A stretch of DNA of 64,000 bases from Thermoplasmatota archaeon (GCA_036138175.1 JAZAAK010000010.1:1229-65228); one strand, 5' to 3'; positions 18,864 through 28,560 are shown, numbered from the stretch's first letter. Translations and numbers: made by a program. The notes: generated by a model from the sequence alone, not told the origin.

Positions 18864-19718
18864 ATGCAGTCGGAATTGTGGCAGGAAATTCCAGAATTTG
18901 ACGGAGCAGATGTTGAACAGAAATGGATTGAGGGGAACTCTGGATACAACCTCAGAGTTCTACATTGGACCCCAACAAATGAAGATTGTAAACAAGCTAG
19001 AACTCTCGTAATGATTCCGGGCTGGAACTCGGTTCCCGAGGGATGGTTTCCGATTCTTTCTGAGTGGGTGAAACAGAGACCTGTTGTTTACATTGAAACT
19101 CGAGAAAAAGGAAGTTGTAGAATCGACAAAAAAATTTCCAAAGAGTCGTTCCAAATTCAAAATATCGCATCCGACTTACCAATCATTTTGGCAAGGATGA
19201 GACTTGACCCCTCAAACTGTGACGCAATGGGTTCATCATTGGGCGCTACACTATTACTCGAAGGACTTAGGGAAGAAACATTGGTTTTTCGAAGTATAGT
19301 TGTCTTATCTCCCAACCTAGCATTCGTACCACCGATTTGGGCTAGGCCTCTAATTCCAGCACCATTATTCCTCTACAATGCCTTGGTTAAATTCGTAATT
19401 TGGTATCTCGATAAGCGTCTGAAAGAAGAAGGACAAAGAATTCGTTATCGGCGAACCCTATTAGCCGCTCCAATCGATAGACTCAGGCTTTGTTCGATGG
19501 TTTTCAGAAAATACAAGATGAATCTAGATTTCTCCAAGACTGATGCTACTGTTGGAATTCTCAGAGCATCTTCAGATACACTACATGACCACTCTGATGC
19601 TGGTGACCTTAGCAATCACATACCAAACTCAAAGTTAATTGAAATCGAGAGTAATCAATTCGCACACGAGGCAGCCGCAATACCTGTAATCGAAGATTTC
19701 ATGAACAATATTACTTGA
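18864..19718 (+). CDS. alpha/beta-fold hydrolase
   Basis: ATG at 18864, 2 nt after the upstream stop; the track start at 18810 overlaps that gene. Nucleophile elbow GSSLG. Length about 284 aa. Confidence 0.7.
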   Translation: MQSELWQEIPEFDGADVEQKWIEGNSGYNLRVLHWTPTNEDCKQARTLVMIPGWNSVPEGWFPILSEWVKQRPVVYIETREKGSCRIDKKISKESFQIQNIASDLPIILARMRLDPSNCDAMGSSLGATLLLEGLREETLVFRSIVVLSPNLAFVPPIWARPLIPAPLFLYNALVKFVIWYLDKRLKEEGQRIRYRRTLLAAPIDRLRLCSMVFRKYKMNLDFSKTDATVGILRASSDTLHDHSDAGDLSNHIPNSKLIEIESNQFAHEAAAIPVIEDFMNNIT

Positions 19719-19721
19719 GTT

Positions 19722-20750
19722 TCAAGCCATAGAAGTGAATGGATCATCACCACTCCATGGATCGACTGGGCCGTCATCAAATCGTCCCAAATTATCGTAT
19801 AGATTCTCAATAATTGCATACGGCCAATCGGGATTTGTTGGGCCGTATCTTTCAGCCATACGATTGGCCTCACCACCATGGAAATGCATTGGAACCTCGA
19901 GGCGGCGGAGCATTCCATCGGGCACACCGCCCATAGCAAACAGGTGCTCGGTTCCATTTCTTCCTAGCACCCGATCGGGCACCGAGTCTTCATCCGCAGG
20001 TAGGTCACAGGCATCTACAATAGAATCAACAAGAGCCTCGAATGCAGCGTCGGTTCCACCTTCGTGTGTAATAGATTCAATTGCAGGAATTATGTTCAGT
20101 GGGTCCAATTCTCCAGTCAAAATCTGTAACCAGGTGTGATGTGCTAGACAATTGAACTTCCAAGGGTCTGAGGCTACGAATCGCCAAGCAGCGTATGGAC
20201 CTCTGGAACGGTCACCCGGTTCAGGCAGTAATCCATACTGAATGAACGCGTCCTTCAATCCGCCAAGTCTAGTGGGGTCCATTGCAATATGCGCATTAGC
20301 AAGAGTTTCTTCGGTCAATAACCACCATTCAGGACCTTCTCTGCGAGTAGAGATGGAATCATGTAATTCTTCATAATTACCAAAATTAGTCGGTAATGAA
20401 CCGGTTTGAGCATGAGTTCGCATTACATGAGAACTTACACCTGAATCAAAGCGATGATGGAAGTACTCGTGGTCGAATCCGAAAATGAATGCTAAGTCCA
20501 AAGCCAACATTTCAGCTTCTTCAATCCCATCCGCATTCATCCGATTAGCAATTACTGCCGCCTGCTCGGAGAGAGCATCAGCATTACAGTGAATACCCCA
20601 ATCAAGATCTACTTCTATATCGAGAGTATTTCGAAGCAACATTGGCCGATACCAAAAAGCCCTGAGGCCAACGTCGACTTCACCCATGGTTTCTGGGCCA
20701 TGGACGTATGGCACACCATCGTCCATCCTAAGCCCCCCCATGCCAGTCAT
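19722..20750 (-). CDS. hypothetical protein with HExxH motif (possible zincin-like metalloprotein)
   Basis: The track start at 20780 is TTG; the first ATG at 20750 gives 342 aa. Motif FGFDHEYFHHRFD read directly. No family recognised. Confidence 0.6.
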   Translation of the reverse strand: MTGMGGLRMDDGVPYVHGPETMGEVDVGLRAFWYRPMLLRNTLDIEVDLDWGIHCNADALSEQAAVIANRMNADGIEEAEMLALDLAFIFGFDHEYFHHRFDSGVSSHVMRTHAQTGSLPTNFGNYEELHDSISTRREGPEWWLLTEETLANAHIAMDPTRLGGLKDAFIQYGLLPEPGDRSRGPYAAWRFVASDPWKFNCLAHHTWLQILTGELDPLNIIPAIESITHEGGTDAAFEALVDSIVDACDLPADEDSVPDRVLGRNGTEHLFAMGGVPDGMLRRLEVPMHFHGGEANRMAERYGPTNPDWPYAIIENLYDNLGRFDDGPVDPWSGDDPFTSMA

Positions 20751-20815
20751 TGTCAATGGGCCTGAGCCGTCAGATATCAAGCGATTGTCTGATGAAGGGC
20801 GCGCTTTCCCTCATA

Positions 20816-22966
20816 ATGAGAGCCATGCGTGCGCAGTCTTCCTCATTCGATGTCGCCCGCATGGTCAGAGAACTACGCGGGATGATTGGAACCCGCGTAC
20901 GCAAAGCCTACCAGCCACATCATGAACAGGTTGTTTTGAGGCTAAATCCGAAGGGAGAACCTTCGGTTGATTTGGTGATTGTACGTGGAAAAAGGCTGTA
21001 TATGTCCAGAAGAGATAGACCAATGCCCAACAATCCGTCTCCTTTTGCAATGATATTGAGGAAACATCTAGCAAATTCGCGATTGGTCGAGGTCGAGCAA
21101 CATGGCTTCGATAGAGTAGTAATTTTGATCTTTGAACGCGGAGGTGGTCAATACAAACTCGTCATTGAGTTATTTAGAGATGGAAACGTCTTGCTTCTGG
21201 ATGATAATGACGTTATTATCCAGCCACTAACCCATGCGAAATACGCAAGTCGTTCTCTAAAAAGAGGTGAACCGTACACACCCCCTCCTGAAACTTTGGA
21301 CCCTAGAGGACTTGACAGGAATGGCCTAGACAATTTACTGGATAATTCAGAACACTCTTTGATACGAACTCTTGCGGCGCGTGCAAACCTCGGTCGAATC
21401 TATGGAAATGCGGTTTGTAGTGCTGCAGAAATAGATTCAGATGAACCTGCAGATTCTCTTGATGAGACTCAAAGAGAAGTCCTTAGTGAATCTATGAATA
21501 AGTTACTTGAGGAGTTGGCAGAAGCCCAAGTTGCGTATATTTGGTTTGAAGATAAAGAGGGACTAAATTCCTGGAAGTCTGCACAGGATGACCCTCAAGA
21601 AAGGGATTCTGCCAGTGGAGTGATTAGCGAGTTTTCACCAATTAATCTTCCATTTATGAATTCAAGCCTTAGGGCCAAGATTGCAAACTTATCAGAAGCA
21701 TACGATGTGATATTCGGAGCCCATGATGCAATCGCTTACATCCGTCGAGAGGAAGAGAAACTAGCCGCGGCGGGTGAAGATGATGAAGAACAGAAAGCAA
21801 AGCTTGACCGAAGGGCTGCTCAGCAACGTTCGGCAATCGAGCGATTTGAATCTCAAGCCGCATTGACTCAGGAATTAGCAAAATCGATTCAGGATAACTG
21901 GACTCATGTAGACGATTTACTCGGTCAAGTAAATTCATTGATAGCAAACGAAGGTTGGCAAACCTTAGACTCAAAAATTGCAGATGTTGTCTGGATCGAC
22001 AGGATTGACCCCGCAAAGAGGACCATTTTGGCTAGGTTGCCAGACGAGGATAATGAGCCTGGAGCAAGTGTAACTCTATCTGTAGAAAATTCAGTTCACC
22101 AAAATGCCCAAATTTATTTTGAACAGGCTAGAACTCTGAAAGATAAATCCAAAGGAGCTAGGGTGGCTTTAGAAAGAACAGAAAATCAAGCGGCAAAGGA
22201 GGCTGCCAAAAGAGAGAAAGAAGCCGCGGCTGGAAGAGTCAGAATAGGAAAACGCAGCAAGAGATTCTGGTTCGAAAAACATCGTTGGGGAATATTGTCC
22301 GACGGTAGAATGGTTGTAGGTGGACGTGATGCAAAGGGCAATGATACTGTGGTTAGGAAATATCTACGCTCTACAGACCTCTACGTTCATGCCGATTTAC
22401 ACGGAGCTCCATCTTGCTCACTAAGGTTACACGATGGCTTAGAAACAGACCCTCACCCTATCGGTTTTAGACCAGAAGGAGTGGCATCATTGAAAATTTC
22501 ACAAGAATTTGCTGGTTCAATTGAAGACGCTCAAAATCTACCTTCTGAGATTATCAAAGAAGCTGCGCAATTGGCAATATGTTGGTCTCGTGCATGGGGT
22601 AGCGGTAGCGCCGCAGCAACCGCATTCCACGCTCGACCTACGCAAGTCTCCAAACAAACCGAGAGCGGAGAATCTCTTGGCCGCGGTGCATTTGTTGTTA
22701 GGGGGCAAAGAACTTGGTATAGAGATGTAGAAATGGAAATAGCCATTGGTTTTGCAATCGTTAACAATATTCCGGTCCCAATATCTGGAACTGCAGGAGG
22801 TGTGTCGAAACTATGTCGAAGATGGGCGATTATTAGGCCCGGGCGAGAAAAGAAAGAAACCATAGCCAATAGAATCGCAAAAGCGACCGGGCTAGCACAA
22901 GATGATGTCTTGGCAACCTTACCTTCGGGTACTTGTGAAATTATTGATTACGGATTAATTGGTTGA
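20816..22966 (+). CDS. NFACT-family protein (Rqc2/RqcH-like ribosome quality control factor homologue)
   Basis: ATG at 20816 or 20825. NFACT-N style N-terminus SSFDVARMVRELRGMIGTRVRKAYQP, central coiled-coil, NFACT-R/DUF814-like RWGILSDGRMVVGGRDAKGNDTVVRKYLRSTDLYVHADLHGAPSCSL. Confidence 0.85.
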   Translation: MRAMRAQSSSFDVARMVRELRGMIGTRVRKAYQPHHEQVVLRLNPKGEPSVDLVIVRGKRLYMSRRDRPMPNNPSPFAMILRKHLANSRLVEVEQHGFDRVVILIFERGGGQYKLVIELFRDGNVLLLDDNDVIIQPLTHAKYASRSLKRGEPYTPPPETLDPRGLDRNGLDNLLDNSEHSLIRTLAARANLGRIYGNAVCSAAEIDSDEPADSLDETQREVLSESMNKLLEELAEAQVAYIWFEDKEGLNSWKSAQDDPQERDSASGVISEFSPINLPFMNSSLRAKIANLSEAYDVIFGAHDAIAYIRREEEKLAAAGEDDEEQKAKLDRRAAQQRSAIERFESQAALTQELAKSIQDNWTHVDDLLGQVNSLIANEGWQTLDSKIADVVWIDRIDPAKRTILARLPDEDNEPGASVTLSVENSVHQNAQIYFEQARTLKDKSKGARVALERTENQAAKEAAKREKEAAAGRVRIGKRSKRFWFEKHRWGILSDGRMVVGGRDAKGNDTVVRKYLRSTDLYVHADLHGAPSCSLRLHDGLETDPHPIGFRPEGVASLKISQEFAGSIEDAQNLPSEIIKEAAQLAICWSRAWGSGSAAATAFHARPTQVSKQTESGESLGRGAFVVRGQRTWYRDVEMEIAIGFAIVNNIPVPISGTAGGVSKLCRRWAIIRPGREKKETIANRIAKATGLAQDDVLATLPSGTCEIIDYGLIG

Positions 22967-22967
22967 G

Positions 22968-23573
22968 TCAAGAACTGCGCTTTTCATTCCACTCTGGCTT
23001 TGTGATAGCGTATAGTTTAGCATCAACATAGTAATCGTATAGCCATTCTCTGTCTTTGGTGATGCCTTCTAGTCTCATGCCTATTCTTTCCGCAATCTCG
23101 CAACTAGGAATGTTATCTACAGCAGCTTCAAGCACAAATCTGTGCAGGTATAAGTCGTCGAAGCAGTGTTCCATCAATCGAATACAAGATTTAGTTGCGT
23201 ATCCATTTCCGGTCTGGTTCTTGGACAACCAATAACCAACTCCAGCCCCCTTATTTCCCCAATCTATCCAATTTAGGCTAATCGTTCCAATTATACTACC
23301 ATCAAGTCGAATTGTGTAAAAAACACCATCTCGTTTTTCATATTCCTCTAAACTACTCGAAATGAATGCTTTTTCTTCCTCGATACTATTGGTTGCATCA
23401 AGCCATGGCAACCATTCTCGGAGATATTCTCGGTTAGAGTCGACAAGGGCGAATAGTTCGGCTGCATCGTCTTCGCCAACCAATTGTAAATCTAGGTCAC
23501 TTTCAACATGAAGTTGCCTTGCTGGCCGAAAGTCTCCCGACTTTTCTTGTGGACCACCGCTTCTATCGGCCAT
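22968..23573 (-). CDS. GNAT family N-acetyltransferase (RimJ/RimL-like)
   Basis: 201 aa. Acetyl-CoA-binding-region style GYWLSKNQTGNGYATKS. ATG at 23573. Confidence 0.8.
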   Translation of the reverse strand: MADRSGGPQEKSGDFRPARQLHVESDLDLQLVGEDDAAELFALVDSNREYLREWLPWLDATNSIEEEKAFISSSLEEYEKRDGVFYTIRLDGSIIGTISLNWIDWGNKGAGVGYWLSKNQTGNGYATKSCIRLMEHCFDDLYLHRFVLEAAVDNIPSCEIAERIGMRLEGITKDREWLYDYYVDAKLYAITKPEWNEKRSS

Positions 23574-23664
23574 AGAATATCGACACTATTTGTTGAATAT
23601 GAGGGTTCGGATTCGGAACTGTGGCTAGGGTAACGATTCAAGCGTGAAGCGTCATCCGAGCAAC

Positions 23665-24747
23665 ATGGGCGGCTCAGGCAGCGAGGTCAATTGGACATAC
23701 GGAGACTATCTGCAATTGCCCGCTTTGTTAGAACTTCAGGGAGAAGATAGAGGAGTAAGTCCTGATGAAATGCATTTCATAATCGTTCACCAAACCTTCG
23801 AACTTTGGTTCAAGCAGGTCATTCGTGAACTAACCGAAGTTCGCGATATTCTTGCACAAGCTCACGTTCCAGAGGATGATATCCCAAGGGCGGTTGACCA
23901 TCTTGGCCGCACAACCGAGATCTTTCGATTGATGGCAAATCAATGGACTGTATTGGAAACCTTGACCCCTCAAGGATTCCTAGCTTTCAGAGACGGACTT
24001 GGAACTGCGTCTGGATTTGAATCATACCAAATGCGTGAATTCGAAATTTTACTTGGTTTGGCCAATGAAGATAGATTGTATGGAATGGACCCAATTAGTA
24101 CATTTCGCAAGTTAGCAAAGAATTCCGAAAGAAATGCAGCTATTCTTGCTCGCTTGGAAGATGTCTCATCCAAACCTTCCCTTAGTGAGTCGTTGATGCG
24201 ATGGGTATCTAGAACTCCAATCATGGGTTCATTAGCTGGAAATGATGGCGACGAGGACACGGTTGCAGAATATATCGAGACTCATCTAAATTCACATGAA
24301 AAAATAGGAAAGCAAGCCGCTGAACGAATGTCGGGATATGGTGCTTCCAGTCCCGAAGAAGCGGCTGAGCGCTTTGCAGCATCTCACCAAGGAGCAATCG
24401 ATTTCTTGAAGCCAAATGGAAATGTTAGCCGCGCTCGCGCTGGATTATTATTCATCGAATCATACAGAGAATTGCCATTACTGACTTGGCCACGAACTCT
24501 AATAGATGCAATTGTAGAACTTGAAGAGTCGATGGTCAAATGGCGCCATTCACATGCGAGAATGGTAGAGAGGATAATGGGTAGAAGAATTGGAACCGGT
24601 GGGACTAGTGGTGTCGATTATCTAGATGCAACCTCTCAATATCGTATCTTCAAAGACCTGTGGGCAGTTAGAACCATACTTGTAAAACCTGATTTCAGAC
24701 CCGATCTAAAGAACGCAGAATTTTACGGTTATTCGTCCGAAAACTGA
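23665..24747 (+). CDS. kynA: tryptophan 2,3-dioxygenase
   Basis: The track start at 23644 is GTG; ATG at 23665. TDO signatures YGDYLQLPALLELQ, HFIIVHQTFELWFKQ, WRHSHARMVERIMGRRIGTGGTSGVDYL (proximal His region). Confidence 0.85.
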   Translation: MGGSGSEVNWTYGDYLQLPALLELQGEDRGVSPDEMHFIIVHQTFELWFKQVIRELTEVRDILAQAHVPEDDIPRAVDHLGRTTEIFRLMANQWTVLETLTPQGFLAFRDGLGTASGFESYQMREFEILLGLANEDRLYGMDPISTFRKLAKNSERNAAILARLEDVSSKPSLSESLMRWVSRTPIMGSLAGNDGDEDTVAEYIETHLNSHEKIGKQAAERMSGYGASSPEEAAERFAASHQGAIDFLKPNGNVSRARAGLLFIESYRELPLLTWPRTLIDAIVELEESMVKWRHSHARMVERIMGRRIGTGGTSGVDYLDATSQYRIFKDLWAVRTILVKPDFRPDLKNAEFYGYSSEN

Positions 24748-24806
24748 GGCATAGCAGCGGCTTTCCAATCGCACCTTTCAAGGGGAGTAACTCACTCGCC
24801 TCGCCT

Positions 24807-25964
24807 GTGTCGACTCCGGTCATATGCGCATATGCGAGAACTCCCTTTGGTCGGTTTCGCGGAGCATTAGCCAATTACACAGCAGTTGATTTGGGAACTT
24901 TGGCTGTAAAGGGAGTATTGCAAAGGGCTGGAATAGATCCTCGTAGTGGAATCATCGACCAGGTCTACATGGGTCAGGTGCTTCAAGCAGGTGCAGGACA
25001 AGCGCCTGCTAGACAAGTCGCAATGGCGGCTGGGCTACCATACTCAACCCCGTGTACAACCGTCAACAAGGTCTGCGGTTCAAGCCTCAAGGCTGTAATG
25101 ATTGCAGCAACAGAAATTATGGCTGGAAGATCCAATGTGGTAATCGCCGGTGGAATGGAATCAATGAGTCAAGCACCCCACTTCATCCGTGGGGCAAGGC
25201 GTGGTGATGAAATCTCATTTGCAGAATTGACTGGAATTTTAAGTCATGATGGGCTCAAGGACGCCTATGACAGATCAATGATGGGAATTACTGGTGAGAC
25301 CATTGCTGAAGAAGCAAACATCTCACGTACCGAATCCGACCAATATGCTCTCCGTTCTCACAACCTTTCCAACTCAGCATGGGAGAAAGGTTGGCTTGCA
25401 GAAGAGTGTGTTACAATGGATGAGCTCGACCAAGATGAAGGAATTCGCATGGATACATCAATGGAAGGTCTTGCTGGACTTAGAACCGTTTTCAAGGATG
25501 ATGGACAAGTCACCGCTGGTAATGCTAGCCAGGTGTCGGATGGGGGTTCAGCGGTTCTAATTGCCTCTGAGGAAACCGCCAATGAAAATGGCTGGCCTAT
25601 TCTGGCTAGAATAATTGATTATGTTACATCTGGGGTAGAGCCAAACAGAGTTATGTCTGCACCTATACCAGCGATTCAAATGCTCTTGGATAGGAACCAA
25701 TTAGACATTTCTGATATCGATATTTTAGAGCACAACGAGGCATTTGCAGCAGCCTCATGCGCCATTCAGAATGTATTTGACTTCCCAGATGAGAGATTCA
25801 ATCCACATGGCGGAGCGGTATCGATAGGACATCCACTCGGAGCGACCGGAGCGCGTTGCCTAATGACTCTCACAAATGCACTTAATCGCACAAATAGTAA
25901 TCGCGGAATTGTTACGATTTGTCTGGGCGGTGGTAACGCCGTTGGAATGTTGATTGAGGCATAA
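24807..25964 (+). CDS. acetyl-CoA C-acetyltransferase (thiolase)
   Basis: 385 aa, GTG start. Active-site contexts NKVCGSSLKA, NEAFAA, GHPLGATGAR, CLGGGNAV. Confidence 0.9.
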   Translation: MSTPVICAYARTPFGRFRGALANYTAVDLGTLAVKGVLQRAGIDPRSGIIDQVYMGQVLQAGAGQAPARQVAMAAGLPYSTPCTTVNKVCGSSLKAVMIAATEIMAGRSNVVIAGGMESMSQAPHFIRGARRGDEISFAELTGILSHDGLKDAYDRSMMGITGETIAEEANISRTESDQYALRSHNLSNSAWEKGWLAEECVTMDELDQDEGIRMDTSMEGLAGLRTVFKDDGQVTAGNASQVSDGGSAVLIASEETANENGWPILARIIDYVTSGVEPNRVMSAPIPAIQMLLDRNQLDISDIDILEHNEAFAAASCAIQNVFDFPDERFNPHGGAVSIGHPLGATGARCLMTLTNALNRTNSNRGIVTICLGGGNAVGMLIEA

Positions 25965-25979
25965 AATTGCATGGAAATC

Positions 25980-25996
25980 CGCCCCCAAAGGGGGCG
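25980..25996 (+). terminator. GC-rich stem-loop CGCCCCC-AAA-GGGGGCG (7-bp stem, 3-nt loop), no U-tract
   Basis: Perfect inverted repeat, 16 nt after the thiolase stop and 48 nt before the rpoK ATG. Confidence 0.35.
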
Positions 25997-26043
25997 AAGG
26001 ATGGCCGGTGGGCTAATAGGGGGCTCTTGGGTCGCCCGCCTCG

Positions 26044-26304
26044 ATGGTTACTCCAGTACGGCAGCACACACGCTTCGAAAAGGCGCGAATCATAGGCGCA
26101 CGAGCATTGCAAATTAGCATGGGTGCACCGCTGTATGTATCCGAGAAAGAACTCCGGGAGAATTTCATGGAAGAACTAGTCCAGCTCTATGGAACAGAGG
26201 ATGCACAAGCACGATTCGTACTTGACCCTCTAAAGATTGCAATGCTTGAGTATGAATCTCACCGCATCCCAATTGATGTCGACCCTCATACTGAGGAAGA
26301 ATGA
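26044..26304 (+). CDS. rpoK: DNA-directed RNA polymerase subunit K (Rpo6/omega homologue) with internal insertion
   Basis: 86 aa. Conserved TRFEKARIIGARALQISMGAP and DPLKIAMLEYESHRIPIDV blocks separated by about 31 aa. Confidence 0.8.
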   Translation: MVTPVRQHTRFEKARIIGARALQISMGAPLYVSEKELRENFMEELVQLYGTEDAQARFVLDPLKIAMLEYESHRIPIDVDPHTEEE

Positions 26305-26343
26305 GCACTCTACTCCTTATCGGCCATTCAGAGGTGGTGAGCA

Positions 26344-27405
26344 ATGCTTCAGAAAGTCGATACTAAGCGATTGACTGCTGGTCTCATCGTACTTACCTTT
26401 CTGGTAATTGCTGTTGGTGGTTTGATTAGAGTCTCAGATGCTGGAGAATCCTGTCCAGACTGGCCCACTTGCTTTGGCACATGGGGATTCGACATTAGTC
26501 CAGAGGAACAAGAGGCATGGTGGAATGAAAACCCGGATGAAATAGATTCGCGAGGTGAACATCATAGATATACTACTTTTGAGATTTTTACAGAGTGGTT
26601 TCACAGACTTTTGGCAGGGGCTATTCTTGGCCCTCTAGTTATTCTAAACTGGCTTACTATTCGTCGAAATGAAGATGTTTCAACAAAAACTACTTTCGCA
26701 TCTAACTTGGCTTTGGGGCTGATCATTTGGCAAGGAACTCTTGGTTGGCTAACAGTAGAAATTGATAATGTTCATTGGAGTGTAGCAATGCATCTATCAA
26801 GCGCTCTTGCATTCATATTATCTCTAATCTGGTTGTGGATTTGTATAAATCGAGATGAAGCAAATCAACCATCGTGGTTCGAATTTGACCCAATTCTCGC
26901 TTCTAATTGGAAGAATAGAATTGCATGGTTAGGGTTCGGTACATTCACCACAGTCTTTGCTGGAGTATTTGTTGCTACAACTCCAGGTGCAGACCAGATA
27001 TGTGGAGTATCTGGAGATTTAAACTCGTGGCCTTTATGCAAAGGGAATTACTTTCCCGAAATAGTTGACTTAGAAAATCAATCTCAAATTATTCATCGAT
27101 GGCTGGTAGCGATTGTTGGGGGTATTCTACTACTCGCTTGTTGGTTTGTTAGAAAGGAGCAGATTCAACACCAGCACGGATTAGTCCTAAGAAATTGGAT
27201 TTGGGCTGCATCTGCACTATATTGTTTGAATATTACAATAGGCGCTCTATACATTCTTTCTTGGTCGCCTGAGAATGAAATATTCCGCGAAATGCTTTCT
27301 CTTATCCACCTTTTAGTTGGAAGCACATCATTCCTCACACTAGCAACCGCTTGGTTGGCTATCTCTACCTTTGCTTTACATGAGCCTGCACCCGAGACCT
27401 TGTGA
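26344..27405 (+). CDS. ctaA: heme A synthase (CtaA/COX15 family)
   Basis: 353 aa polytopic. N-terminal LIRVSDAGESCPDWPTCFG motif. Strong SD-like GAGGTGGTGA 5 nt upstream. Confidence 0.85.
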   Translation: MLQKVDTKRLTAGLIVLTFLVIAVGGLIRVSDAGESCPDWPTCFGTWGFDISPEEQEAWWNENPDEIDSRGEHHRYTTFEIFTEWFHRLLAGAILGPLVILNWLTIRRNEDVSTKTTFASNLALGLIIWQGTLGWLTVEIDNVHWSVAMHLSSALAFILSLIWLWICINRDEANQPSWFEFDPILASNWKNRIAWLGFGTFTTVFAGVFVATTPGADQICGVSGDLNSWPLCKGNYFPEIVDLENQSQIIHRWLVAIVGGILLLACWFVRKEQIQHQHGLVLRNWIWAASALYCLNITIGALYILSWSPENEIFREMLSLIHLLVGSTSFLTLATAWLAISTFALHEPAPETL

Positions 27406-27424
27406 TGAGTCGAATTGAAGGCCA

Positions 27425-27441
27425 CACGCCCTAAGGGCGTG
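27425..27441 (+). terminator. GC-rich stem-loop CACGCCC-TAA-GGGCGTG (7-bp stem, 3-nt loop), no U-tract
   Basis: Perfect inverted repeat, 19 nt after the ctaA stop and 2 nt before the ctaB ATG. Confidence 0.3.
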
Positions 27442-27443
27442 CT

Positions 27444-28529
27444 ATGGGAGAGAGTGGGGGTGGAGTCAAGGCTTGGCTAACTCTCACCAAACCTGGAGTG
27501 GTTGTTCTTCTACAGATTACCGGACTATGTGCGGTATTATCTCACGATTTGCTTGAAGCATCGGGATTTTCGGAGATGGATTGGAATGAATCCGTTCGTA
27601 CTATGGTGATTGTTTTCGTGGGAGGCTATCTCACTGCCGGAGGCGCTAATGCAATCAATATGTGGTATGATAGAGATATTGATCCAATCATGCAACGAAC
27701 TTCAAAAAGGCCCATACCAAAAGGAACTGTTAGTCCAAATGGAGCACTAATTTTTGGAATCTTCATCTCGCTGGCAGGGGTTATTTGGTTCCTTGAATTT
27801 GCTAATCAGGTAGCCGCTTTTTGGGCAGCATTCAGTATCTTATTCTATGTCTTTATTTACACCATTTGGCTAAAGCGAACCTCGGTTCAAAACATAGTAA
27901 TTGGAGGTTTAGCGGGAGCCACTCCACCAGTAATCGGTTGGGCAACTGCGGTTGGTAATTTGAGTATCAATCTAGACTCGGTGCAAGATTTTGCGGTTTC
28001 AATTTTTGATTTAGGGAGCTTGATGCCTTGGTATCTTCTATTGCTAATTTTCCTATGGACCCCTCCACATTTTTGGGCCTTGGCGCTATATCGCTCTGAG
28101 GAATATGATTCAGTTGGAGTTCCAATGATGCCTGGGGTTAAGGGCACAAAAAGAACCCTCATTGAAATGAAGATTTACTCTATTTTATTGCTAATTTTAG
28201 CAGTATTTGCACCGATAGCTTTGGGTGGAATGGATAGAAATGATACAATCTACCATGTGTTTGGTTGGACTGCAATTGTTGTCACTCTATGGTATGCTAG
28301 GACAGTGTTCATAATCGATCCAAATGAGCCTAGAACCGAGTCTGGACGGATTCCTACTGCGGCTCGTTCTTTCTTTGTTTCAATGTTATATCTCGCTCTG
28401 ATGTTTGCGATTGTTGTTGCTGCTAGCGCTGGTTTACAAGGTTCTATTCTAGGAGCGGTATTGGCGGCTACTATGATTGTTCGAGATGAGTGGAACTCAA
28501 GAGCGCCTTCATCGAAGATTTCAGCCTGA
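27444..28529 (+). CDS. ctaB: protoheme IX farnesyltransferase (heme O synthase)
   Basis: 361 aa UbiA-family polytopic protein. NMWYDRDIDPIMQRTSKRPIP motif. Confidence 0.9.
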   Translation: MGESGGGVKAWLTLTKPGVVVLLQITGLCAVLSHDLLEASGFSEMDWNESVRTMVIVFVGGYLTAGGANAINMWYDRDIDPIMQRTSKRPIPKGTVSPNGALIFGIFISLAGVIWFLEFANQVAAFWAAFSILFYVFIYTIWLKRTSVQNIVIGGLAGATPPVIGWATAVGNLSINLDSVQDFAVSIFDLGSLMPWYLLLLIFLWTPPHFWALALYRSEEYDSVGVPMMPGVKGTKRTLIEMKIYSILLLILAVFAPIALGGMDRNDTIYHVFGWTAIVVTLWYARTVFIIDPNEPRTESGRIPTAARSFFVSMLYLALMFAIVVAASAGLQGSILGAVLAATMIVRDEWNSRAPSSKISA

Positions 28530-28560
28530 ATTCAGGAAATCCTCAAACGCCTGCCCGCCT

